A program made the translations under genes and the position numbers. From NCBI RefSeq assembly GCF_963676685.1, contig NC_092354.1, positions 77,438,001 through 77,502,000 on the forward strand: a stretch of DNA of 64,000 bases, written 5' to 3'. Origin of the DNA: Mytilus edulis. Taxonomy: Eukaryota. Positions 52,848 to 64,000 of the stretch are shown piece after piece; the first letter of the stretch is position 1, and each line of letters begins with the position of its first letter. The notes beneath the pieces were generated by a model, which had not been told where the DNA came from, did no database searches, and saw only the letters and a list, made by a program, of their open reading frames with translations.

Positions 52848-55793
52848 TGAGTTTAAAAAAAAGCAGCCACAGGCTTAACTATGTGAATTCAATTTTTGCT
52901 TTATCATGCACATTGATCTTTTGATGTTGTCCCTAGAAACTTCAGTCTTACACTGAATTTATACATTTTGCTTTGAGACCAAAAATATTGTCAAAAAATT
53001 ATTAAAACAAAACTTCATTTTCAGATTATGAAAGGGTCTTCGGAACACCCAGAAAGGATGATTTTGCATCATTCGTTCTATAGCTTCTTGGGCCTTCAGT
53101 GGCTCCAAAACCCTTTAAAAAAAGAATGTAAAAGATTCATTTCTGCAGAGGTGTTAATCTAATTTGGAAATGGTACATAATGACTTGACTATACTATAGG
53201 TATTATTTATAATAAACAAATCATTTAAAAAATTGTGTTTTCGAATATAAAAAATATAGTTGTGAAAATGAATAAAAAGTCCCTTGCTTTAATGAAAATG
53301 AAAAATCTTGCTTCAATAGTGCAGAAAATGAATAATCTGTCCTCTTAATTTACAAAAATCAATAACCGATCAAAAACAAATCCTCCTGCCCCCCCCCCCC
53401 CCCCCCCCCCACACCCCCCCCCCCCCCCCCCACACACCCCAGAATATCAAATGGTCGTCCCCTTATTTTGTTCTTTCAACATGTAGTATCAATTTTAATT
53501 TTTTATTTTTTTTAAATTTCTAAATGCATCGTTAACACGTGTTTATATGTCATCAAGTCGAAAACAGTGGTTTAAGGTGTTACCCAACACTTTCACTAAA
53601 ATTAATTTGGCTCTTATAATTTTCATAAAATTTTGTCAAAGTATTACTTTGACCCTTTAACAAAACTATAAAAATTTCAAAAATTTTGAACCAACCGTTT
53701 TTAAAAATTACACTGGTTATATAGCAGTTTGACAAACACCAATTTTGATCATTGAGAAGCTTTATATTCCTTTTAATTTACAACACAACGTCATTAAAAC
53801 GTTTAGCTAACTTTTCAGAGTTATTTCCCTGTAGTGTTAGGTACCACCTTTGGCGGGATACTGCAGCGTGTGCGAAATTATTGTAAAACTCTTCGATCTA
53901 CCATACATTCTTTAATGAGGTCTTTAATGCTCTACCTCTAGTGTTTTAAGTAGTGTTTGTTGTATTTCTTGTTGTCTTTTTTTTTTTCATTTTTGCCGTG
54001 GTGCTGTTTGTTTTCCTTTGAATAGTGACTTTTGATTGACCCTCTTGTGATTACCTGTCAGTGGCAAATATCTCATTCATAATCAGGTTGAATTGGGCTA
54101 CGACTTTGTGAAATTAGCTCAAACCATTGTTTCAGGGTCCCTTTTATCTTTACACTATGACGTTTATTTATGCATCATTGTCGCCATATATGTGTTCTCT
54201 GCGTAATAACCTTTTAAATCCATGGAAGCTTTGATCTTTTTATCACATGAACATTTCTGTCCATTTTATTCTTTTAAAACGACAAATGGATTTAAAATTT
54301 AATTCTGTACTTCGCCTAAGTTTGATATATATTTGATATAATCTAATTGATTTTCCGAAAGTGTGATTTTAAAACTGATTATGACACAGTCCACCAATAA
54401 ACTTCAATATAAGATAGCCTTAGACAACTTTGACTGATAACACAGATAGCGAAGAGGAAGGGTGCATTGTTTTATCTCATTGCAATGCAAACTACCGATA
54501 AAGGCAAATACCTCATAAATGATTAATTCCTTTTAACAACAAGGTAAGTTGGAATTTACTTACTTATTTTATAAACTAAAATACATGGCATTTATTCTAT
54601 GATTGGCAATAAAAATAGTTCTTGTTTGTGGTATAGTAAGATCAATGTCGACTGGTTTCTGGTCGATCTTAACTGATAAAGGTCTATCAAACAATCACGT
54701 GTGGTGAATGTACATGTATTACACGAGGTTAGGACCTGTCAACTTATTGAAGCAGAAACAAATAGTACCGGTTGCTGGTATTTTCATTTTAATGTCCGAA
54801 TGATTAAGAATCAGACGTCAAGAAGACAGCAATCTAAAAACAATTGCAATCCATTGAAGACAGTCAGCAGTTCGTGTTTGTTTATGTTATTTAAACGCGT
54901 TTCTCGTTTCTCGTTTTTTATATAGATACGACCGTTGGATTTTAAATGGTTTTACACTAGTAATTTTGAGGCCCTTTATTGCTTGTTGTTCGGTGTGAGC
55001 CAAGGCTTCGTGTTGAATGTCGTATATTAACCTATAATGGTTTATTTTTTATAAATTGTTATTTGGATGGAGAGTTGTCTCTTTGGCACTCATACCACAT
55101 CTTCCTTTATATATATATATATATACAACATGTATACCGGTCAGCCTAATGACAGCCACAAAGTCTTCAATGCTTTTGAAAGTCCTCTTTTTAGCCAGTG
55201 TTTGGAATCGGGATAAGAACTGTTTTAATATGGCCATTGTGAGCTTACAACGCGGTTAGCTTTTAGTAGTTGTTAAGGGTCACGGAGAGACCAGTAATTT
55301 TTTGTCTGATGAATAATTGTCTTATTTCAATTAAACTACCCCCCCCCCCCCCCCCCCTCCCATATTTTTACATTGTATGTAAAGTACATTTTGGTATCAG
55401 TCTAAGAACTTGGAAATTTTCAATAAAAGAATAAGGGACTATTGTTAAATACAACTTTGGAAATTTCGGTAAGAAAACAGGGGTCTATCGTTTATTACAA
55501 CTTTGAGATATTCTGTGCAAGAATATAGGTCTATCATGTGTAAAAACTTTGAAATTTTCGGTGAAAGAATATAGCTCTATCAATTGTAAAAACTTTGATA
55601 TTTTTGGTAAGAGAACAGAGGTCTATCGGTTATTACAACTATCAGTTTTTTTTAAAGGTTCGTTCTATTATTATAACTTTGGAATTTTACGCAAGAGAAT
55701 CTGGGTTTACAGGGAATATAGGTCTATAGAGAATATGGTTCTTTAGGGAATAAGGGTTCATAGAAAATATGGGTCTTTAGAGAATAAGGGTCT

Positions 55794-56488
55794 ATAATAT
55801 AAGTTATATGGTTCGCTACTGACCCCGTACGGATCCATAGAGGGTTAGTTAAATCCATAGGGGGTGAGGCCGGAGGCCGAGTCCCCTATGAATTTTATTC
55901 ACCCTCTATGGATCCGTAGGGGGTCAGTAGTTAACCGTATAACGAATTTATCGGACGCTAGACTTTTTCTGTGGCGTTTTGTTGAAAAATAAACAATGAA
56001 ACACAACACTATTAATAGATGACGTCGCCATTAACGCGTCATGAACCCCATATGAAACTTACTAACCCCATTCAGTCTCATAGGGAGTCACCACGTGACG
56101 GCGTTTAACCAATCACAACGTGATAATCATCTGTGGTCCGATAATATAAGTTATATGGTTCGCTACTGACCCCATACGGATCCATAAAGGGTTAGTAAAA
56201 TCCATAGGGGATGAGGCCGGAGGCCGAGTCCCCTATGAATTTTATTCACCCTCTATGGATCCGTAAGGGGTCAGTTGTTAACCGTATAACGAATTTATCG
56301 GACGCTAGACTTTTTCTGCGGCGTTTTGTTGAAAAATAAACTATGAAACACAACAACATTAATAGATGACGTCGCCATTAACGCGTCATGAACCCCATAT
56401 GAAACTTACTAACCCCATTCGGTCTCATAGGGAGTCACCACTTGACGGCGTTTAACCAATTACAACGTGATAATTCATCTGTGGTCCG
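55794..56488. repeat. Head-to-tail dimer of a 347-bp element, each copy with a ~115-nt palindrome
   Basis: ataatataagttatatggttcg at 55794 and 56141. Arms ctactgacccc..tacggatccatagagggt / accctctatggatccgta..ggggtcagtag. Confidence 0.9.
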
Positions 56489-56699
56489 CTAAAAAGTAAG
56501 AGACCATAGAGAAAATAAGTCTAAAGATAATATGGGTCCAGTGTTAGTTGATTGTATGTGTCTTGCCTGTTTGTCTAGTCATCGTTGCTCTGTCTTGAAA
56601 TTGTACAAATGAAGAAAGTAACAGTATTAATTTGAAACAATACACGCAAATGAAAGAACAAATATTCATAGAGATTTAATTGGTATTCTGATATCAAAC

Positions 56700-57110
56700 A
56701 TTCAACTAAGTCACAATAAAGCCGCCAACAGTCACAGTGAGAGCTTCAACAAAGTAACAATGAGGCCACCAAACGTCACAGTGAGGCCTTCAACAAAGAA
56801 CAAAAAATGTAGCAACAGCCACGATGAGATCCTCAACAAAGAAACAAGTATGAGGACTTCAACGAAGTCATATATGAATGTTGCATGAAGTAACAGTAAT
56901 AGCTTCAAGTTACAATGATGACTTCAACAAAGTCACAATGGTCAAATCCTTCAACAGAGTGATAATGGTCAAGGCCTTCAACAGAGTGATAATGGTCAAG
57001 GCCTTCAACAATGATAAAGTAAAACCATCAATGAAATCATATTAACGCCACCATAGCCAAAGTAAGGCCTAAAATAAACTCCTGTTAAAACCTTCAAGAT
57101 ATGACCTTCA
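56700..57110. repeat. Degenerate short tandem repeats (..ccttcaacaaag/agag..)
   Basis: Motif cttcaaca recurs many times, including near-exact 26-bp units at 56935-57010. Confidence 0.65.
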
Positions 57111-58146
57111 ATGTCCTTTGGACGAGATTTGTAATTTGATCTATGTTAGTTCGTAATGCATTTGTATTTTAGTATCTATTGTTTGTTCTGACTTCTTTTG
57201 TGTCTTTACACCCGTTGCTGATGATCTCTTTATTATGCATGTTCATTGAGACTGATTCTGCTTTATGGTCCAATGGCGTTTTTAGATTGTTTTCAACTTA
57301 TGAGTTTGAATACTTTTCTATTTTAACAGTATAAAAATTATAAAAATCATTTCAATAATTTTTTTTTTTTTGTGACTTCCAAATAAGGTTTTAATCAGTT
57401 AGAGGCAAGAAAACGTAAACACAAAGTAATTTACATGAGGCACAATAGAAAAGTGTTAAGGAAGACATTTAGAAATTTGTACAAGAACGCAGTTGAGTTT
57501 AAAATAAGAAAATCGCAATAATAAGTGCACGCAATAATTTCTGAATTTACAGTACTTTCATTGGTTTGATAAAAATGTGTCCAATCAGATCGAGATATTA
57601 GGGTCTTTGATATATATATATGAATAGTTTTTGGAAATAAACATCCTTTGTATGATTATAGTATCATAAATAAGATATCGCATTTGGTATATATATATCT
57701 GTTTAATTTTACCAGGTTTGTAAACTACTATGATAATTTCTTTGTTTTTAGTAAGTTAAACATGAGTTTCTTGCTTTCGTAAGTCAGAGCAAATTTCAAA
57801 AAGTTAAACTTGTGAGCAAAAATTAATATGAATTAGACATAATTCAGTGGCGGATCAAGATCTTTGCCTAAGGGGGGGGGGGGGGGGAGGGGTGCTGACT
57901 GACCTAAGGGGGGGGCGCTCCACTCATGCTTCAGTGATTCCCTATATAATATACCAAATTTTTCCCACGAAAGGGAAGGGGGGGCCCCCAGGGCCCCCTT
58001 GATCCGCCTATGTAATCAAATAATAAAGTATATTGGATTGTGCTAGTACTCTGTGTATGTCGATTCATTCTAATAGTTAAGCTAAGTTAAGTTTGTTGTA
58101 TATGATGGTTTACTTCTAAGTTATAGTTTGTTTTTATTATTTCAGG

Positions 58147-61100
58147 ATGTGGTTATTACTACTGTACACAGTGATTGTATCGATTATTCCTCTGTTTAGT
58201 ATACCAACAACCCCTCCAATTCGTACACGTATGTTTATACACTATCTTATATGATTTTTATTCTGAAAACTGTAAAATCATGATTTAAAAATGTTAATTA
58301 GAAAGTAAAATCACAAAAATACGGAACTTAGAAGAAAATCAATTCGGAAAGTCCATAATCACATGGCGAAATCAAATAACAAAACGCATAAAAAACGAAT
58401 GAACAAGTCTGTAAGCTGACAGCTATCCATCGACAAAAACGCAAGGATAAGATATCTTTATTTTACATGTAATTAAAAAATGGAGCTATTTTCTAAACTC
58501 AGGTATCAGAATTGCCTTTTGTGTAAAAATAAAAATAAATGTCATAAAGTTTAGTGACCAAAATTTGATATCATGTATAGGAGTTATAAAAACATTTAAA
58601 ATTTACGAAGTGTTCCTCTGCAGTACATAGATAAGAGAAACATCAGTAGAGGAGCGGACAGATATTTTACGGGACGTCGGAATTATACCTATTTTGAGGA
58701 AATTCGGGATTGAGCCTTTATTTTTGTGGGCATTCGAATTTTACCATTATCGGGATTTGAGAATGCATTTTTTATGGAATTCGGGAATAAATGCCTCCGG
58801 TCGCCCATCAAAACAGTAGTTCACGATTTTCAAAACTCCCGAATGCATTTGGAATATACAAAACATGAGATGAATCATATATAAGGGAATCGTTTTCAAA
58901 CGGAACCTCACAGAGTGCGTCAAGGATTAACATTTTCTGCTATGAATGCATCAATAATAATAATAATAATAATAATATATTCTGGTGTCGTAAGATCACA
59001 AAAACAAGTCTCGTGATTTCAGACACAGACACACGTCTAAATCTATTTTTCTTTCATGTGCGCATTACTGATACTAGTAATCGAAGTTAGCATGCGTGCG
59101 CGTTCACGTCGAGTTAAATTTTAAGTTTCTTAGAATAAGAATAAAATATTTTGATGACTATATAACATATATGGTTATCATTCGAAAATATAATTCCAGA
59201 CTGTGAGAAGATAGCAGACGGAACCCCGGGAATTATATCGAAGGTAACCATATATAATATAAAACTATCGACCTATAATACAGCTGTTGGAACCGTCGCC
59301 AAAGTCAGTTGTCTGGATGATGCACTGGTGGTGAATGGGGCCGACACTCTAACATGTCTTTCAAGTGGTCGATGGAGCAGTGCCAAACCCACATGTAAAG
59401 GTAAGTTTTGAAATACAATTGAAAACATTCAGACCTTGAAACAAATACAAAACAAGATAAGAAAAACAAAGCTTGAAAAAATGAACACAAAATGTACTAA
59501 AGCACCATTCTAATCGCCTATTCAAATAAAGAAAAAGAGACTGATGTTCTGTATGTTTTTTTTACTAACTCTCTTTTAATAACACAAAAAACCTTATCCC
59601 TTTTATGTAATCCCCACATGTGATTAAGAGATAGAAATATGGTAAGTTCGATTTTTTCCGAATGGCAATGGTCGTCCTTGTGACTGTGCGAGTTGACACA
59701 GCCAAGTCTGTTCAAAATTACGGCGTTAAATACGATCCCCGAGTAGAGAGATTGCCTTGATCTCTGCATGTAAAGACCACTTGCAACAACTCTTTCATTG
59801 GCCTGTAAGAGACCGAGCTTTCGCATTGAAACAGCTCACTTTCAAAATTTGGGCGCTGAATACGATCCCCGAGTAGAGAGATTGCCTTGATCTCTGCATG
59901 TAAAAACCACTTGCAACAACTTTTTGATTGGCCTGTAAGTGACCTGTTTCAATGCAAAATTTCTGTCCCTATCTAAGCAACCCATCCTATTGAAAGGGAT
60001 AAAAACTGCGAACGAAACGACGTCATATTGAAACATATGGTAAACTTAAATGCAACTTTATTTTCTACAGAACCAGAGATAGTTAAGCCGAAAGACTACA
60101 AGCTGATCATCGGACTCTCTGTGGGAGGGGCGTGTCTTGTTCTTGTCGTTATAATTACTGGTATCATAGTCGGGAACAGAAAACAAACCAAAAAATTGCC
60201 TTCAGAACAAACAGACGCAAGGTAATTATTTACAGTCCTAACACCGATTAAGGACATATACAATGCATATTTTAAAAGTTTTATTTATGCATATTGATAA
60301 GTATAGATTATAACATGCCCTTTTCAATATTGGCCCTGGTATCATCCCGAGACTCCCATATCGGTCTCGAGGCTTCAGCCGAGGGCCGATATGGATCGAG
60401 GGATATTACCCGAGCCAATATGAAGACATGTTATAATTTTTTTATCACATATTTAAGTTCTGCAGAAAAGAGAAAAAATGTCAATTATAACAATTTAATG
60501 AAACATTAAAGGTAAAATCTTATACGTTTTATCACAAACGTGTCGTTACGGATGTAATGACGTCACGTCATTTGTAATCGGGGCACAATAACCAATAACC
60601 TCTTTTTGCCCCGTGCAATTTTGAGGTTTTTACATGTGCAAAACCCGACGAATACTGATCATTCCTAAAACGATTCTCGATGGGGAAAATGAGAGGCGAA
60701 ATATACCAAAGAAATATTCAAAAGCAAAAGTCGAAACAAACCGACGTTTCCGTGTAAAAAAAAACCATACGTAACAAATTAAACACAAAGCAGAAAACCA
60801 AAACTGAGCAACACGAACACCATAAAAAAATTGCTATTTAACATGCAAATTAAAAAAAACTATAGAACAAGCAGGACAAGTAAGCAGTGTTACAGAGTAA
60901 ACATAGCTTATGAAAAACGAAACGAAAACAAGGTCAGTTGTTTTAATACACGGTAGAGGGAAGAAACGTTTCTTTATCCCGGACCACAATCTCAAATAAT
61001 TGAGAAAAAAGACTTAAGTGGAGATATATCTGACACATCTGCCCTTATAGAGATAAACATATAGATATTGATGTCGAATCTACATATCAATGTAAATAAG

Positions 61101-64000
61101 GAATGTGTGTGACGTATCATACTGACTGATATACACGAAAGAATGTTTTATCATTGGACAATGGTGTCTTTATCAGTAAAGATTAACATGTACACTAGAT
61201 GTAAATATTGGGGACTTATATTTGAAGTGGACGAATTATTTCCCTGTTTGAGGCCCTTCATGGGGGGGTCCTAGTAATCACATAATCACCATTTTTTTGC
61301 CAACATAATCACATAATCATTAAATATTTGCTTATCTTTAGTAATCAAATAATCATAAACTAAAAATACAGTCCTAGGTAATCAAATAATCATGAAATAT
61401 TTGGCTTAATAATCAAATAATCATTAAAAAAACGGCCAAGTAATCACATAATCAAAAACCCCATGAGGGCCCTCCTGTTTGTACCGCCAGATGTACTTCT
61501 GAAATAAATATCAGTGTTGGGGTGTTAATAGATATAGCTATATATATATATATATATAGGAAGATGTGGTGTGGGTGCCAATGAGACAACCCTCCATCCA
61601 ACACTATTATTTAATAAAAAAATTAACAGTTACATTGTATCCTATTTTTATCAATAGAATCATATTCAAAACAGTGTGGTCCTGGCCATTGATTGACGAC
61701 CTAAATTATCCCATTGACTGGGACAGATTAGGTGAACGTTTGTCTGTAAAGACCATTGCTCACTTCTTACTTATTATAGAATTTAAACTGTGGGGTCACC
61801 AAAGGTTCTTAACGCCTTTAATAATAAAATAATTCGAAAAATTATTCAGGAATAACTTTTATGTTTTGATTTATATTATTGATATAAATCAACACATCGT
61901 ATTATTCCGGATTCGTTTTTCGAATTGCTTTATTTAGGTGTTGAGAACCTTTGGTGACCCCACAGATTCAGTGTCTTTAACAAGTACATAGTGAGCAGTG
62001 ATTGTTACCGACAAACGTTCACCTAATCTGTCCCAGTCAATGGGATAATTTAGGTCGTCAATCAATGGCCAGGACCACACTGTTTTGAATATGATTCTAT
62101 ATTGAAATGCTATTATTGATTTTTTTTTTTTTTTTTTTGAAATTCTATTATTGTTTTTTTTTTTTTTTGTTTTTTTTTTTGTTTTTTTTTTTTTAGTCTG
62201 TATCTTGGGGGAGCGGATCCTTTTTCCTAATTTGTTTCAAATAGTGTAGGCGAATTGTACGCATTGAGTCATCCTCTAAAACGATCTCTAGTATATATGG
62301 AAATCTTTCTATGGTCTTTTGATAGTCTCGTGTGGTACATTTGAAATGAAAGAGTTCCAGAATGACACAAATATAGATATAAGAAGATGCGGTATGAGTG
62401 CCAATGAGACAAATCTCCATCCAAGTCACAATTTTAAAAAGAAAAACCAATATGTATGTATATGTGGTATGCAAACAAACTTATAAATAAGGCCGTATTT
62501 TTCTCGTTTAAATTGTTTAAATACATTTGTCATTTCGGGGCCTTTTATAGCTGATTATGCAGTTTTGGCTTTTCTCATTGTTGAAGGCCGTACGGTGACC
62601 TATAGTTGTTAATTTCTGTGTCATGTGGTCTCTAGTGGAGAGTTAGTTGTCTCATTGGAAATTATACCACATCTTCTTTTTTTATATCTGATTGTGTTTT
62701 CCATGTAGACTGAATGCAGGCAACAGACAGAAAACGTACTCAGCAGAAATGCAAACAAGATACACGGAACAAGAAACGAATCTCGAAAATCAACCGTAAG
62801 AGTTGTTATATAATATATAATAATTATAATTTGTGTTCTTATATATATAATTATTATAATTTGTCCTTATATATATAATTATTATAATTTGTCCATTTAG
62901 CCATCCTTTCAAATTTTCTACATTTCATGTTGTTTTAAGATATGACATACAAATATAATAATAGAATTAACAACGGGAACTTTTTTTTACTGACGTGAAT
63001 GGAAATGTATGCCGGAAAATTAACAGAAAGACCAAGAATTCCAAGACAAACAATAAACAGTATGGGTATAATGAAAAACAGCAAAACGACAAGAAAACTA
63101 ATAACAAAACTCTACACAGAAACTGAAGACTGCAGGTGCGGTCATGTGATCCAGAAGGTTGATCAGTTTCTGTTCCATTTCATGTAGTCAGAGAATACTC
63201 TGACGTCCAATGGCTGTTTTGAAAGACACCAGTCGTGTTAAAATACATAACCTAACCCTAACCCTTCATTTTTGTACACGAATAAGGCCGTTAGTTTTCT
63301 TTTTTGAATTGTTTTACATCATTTCGGGGCCTTTAATAGCTGACTATGAGGTTTTGGCTTAGCTCATTGTTGAAGGCCGTAAGGTGACCTATAGTTGTTA
63401 ATTTCTGTGTCATTTTAGTCTCTCGTAGAGAGTGGTCTCATTGGCAATCATACCACATCTTCTTTTTTATATACAGCAAAATGGATAAATGAAAAAATAA
63501 AAAAAACTAGAATGTGTCTATAGTACACGGATGCCCCACTCGAACTATTATTTTCTATGTTCAGTGGACCGTGAAGTTGGGATGAAATCTCTACTTTGGC
63601 ATTAAAAATTAGAAAGATCATATCAAAGGGAACATGTGTACTACGTTTCAAGTTGATTGGACTTCAACTTCATCAAAGACTACCTTGATCAAAACGTGTT
63701 TAACCTGAACAGGACAGACGGACAAACGAACGAACAGACTCACAGATCAGAAATCCTTGATAATGCCTCTCTACTATCGTAGGTGGGGCATAAAAATAAC
63801 ACAAAATCATACACAGAAACTGAAGAATGGAGGTGTGCTCATGAGCTCCGGAAAGTTAATCATGTTAATTTGTTCCAATCCATGTAAAACCAGTCGCGTT
63901 AACGTTAGAAAACGTATTATAACACACACATTATATATATATAACTATTGTATTGTATTCTTTTGATTGTATTTGCAGACATGTTTATAAAGTATGGTCA
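58147..64000 (+). CDS. Single Sushi/CCP-domain type-I membrane protein, 3' part outside window; exons 58147-58228, 59200-59400, 60071-60221, 62709-62795, 63979->64000
   Basis: Signal peptide MWLLLLYTVIVSIIPLFS. Phase 1-1 Sushi exon C...VGTVAKVSCLDDALVVNGADTLTCLSSGRWSSAKPTC. TM segment LIIGLSVGGACLVLVVIITGIIVG followed by NRKQTKK. Phase-2 cytoplasmic exons are in frame. A possible non-coding exon donor is at 54544. Confidence 0.85.
60298..60445. repeat. Palindromic element with central GAGGCTTCAGCCGAG motif
   Basis: Arms ttataacatg..ttcaatattggc...catatcgg / ccgatatg...gccaatatgaa..catgttataa. Confidence 0.7.
61251..61473. mobile_element. MITE with 8-bp TSD (CCTGTTTG), filled with TAATCA repeats
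   Basis: TIRs AGGCCCTTCATGGGG / CCCCATGAGGGCCCT. TSD at 61243-61250 and 61474-61481. Confidence 0.85.
61654..62100. mobile_element. Foldback MITE with long TIRs
   Basis: About 90 bp of perfect inverted repeat (atagaatcatattcaaaacagtgtggtcc...aacgtttgtc), extending imperfectly to ~190 bp. Confidence 0.85.
63505..63796. mobile_element. Short HINE-like repeat with (GACG/GAAC)n microsatellite and terminal hairpin; relatives at 40990-41360 and 52050-52170
   Basis: Shared body (ttcagtggaccgtgaa...ttggacttcaacttcatc) and end taatgcc...ggggcataa. Confidence 0.7.

Larger units (their letters stand above)
49908..53465. mobile_element. TIR element with poly-G/poly-C-containing inverted termini enclosing nested insertions
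   Basis: acgaccatttgatattctggg(G)n gcaggaggatttt at 49913-49969 is the reverse complement of aaatcctcctgc(C)n ccagaatatcaaatggtcgt at 53378-53458. Confidence 0.7.

Noticed and set aside
59518-60036. Minus-strand ORFs in a Sushi-gene intron
   Set aside because: They overlap a ~80-bp direct repeat (59729/59858) and show no recognisable protein motif.

Overview
AT-rich eukaryotic genomic DNA with GT-AG introns. The repeat content suggests a bivalve mollusc, probably Mytilus (inference). Six spliced protein-coding genes were reconstructed by hand, with exon phases checked. (1) A secreted PAN/Apple-domain gene on the minus strand that runs off the left edge. (2) A >=9-exon minus-strand gene for a ~730-aa secreted protein with six antistasin-like Cys modules, Gly/Met/Ser/Tyr-rich tracts and CxxC-QKPQ-VVY repeats. 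(3-5) Three tandem, diverged paralogues of 365/367/369 aa, each with an N-terminal CARD, a micro-exon linker, a long coiled coil and a basic tail, and no catalytic or NACHT domain. (6) A single-Sushi type-I membrane protein that runs off the right edge. Between and within the genes are a decayed CR1/L2-group LINE, a Penelope RT relic, three copies of a minimal type-I hammerhead ribozyme repeat (two with intact cores), Helitron/Helentron-type non-autonomous elements, many MITEs, minisatellites and exact tandem duplications. The best leads are the CARD-coiled-coil cluster (including a duplicated acceptor that could give a CARD-only isoform, and two introns found in only one paralogue), a minisatellite made of amplified 3' splice sites, and the hammerhead ribozymes. 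No database searches were run, so novelty is unverified.
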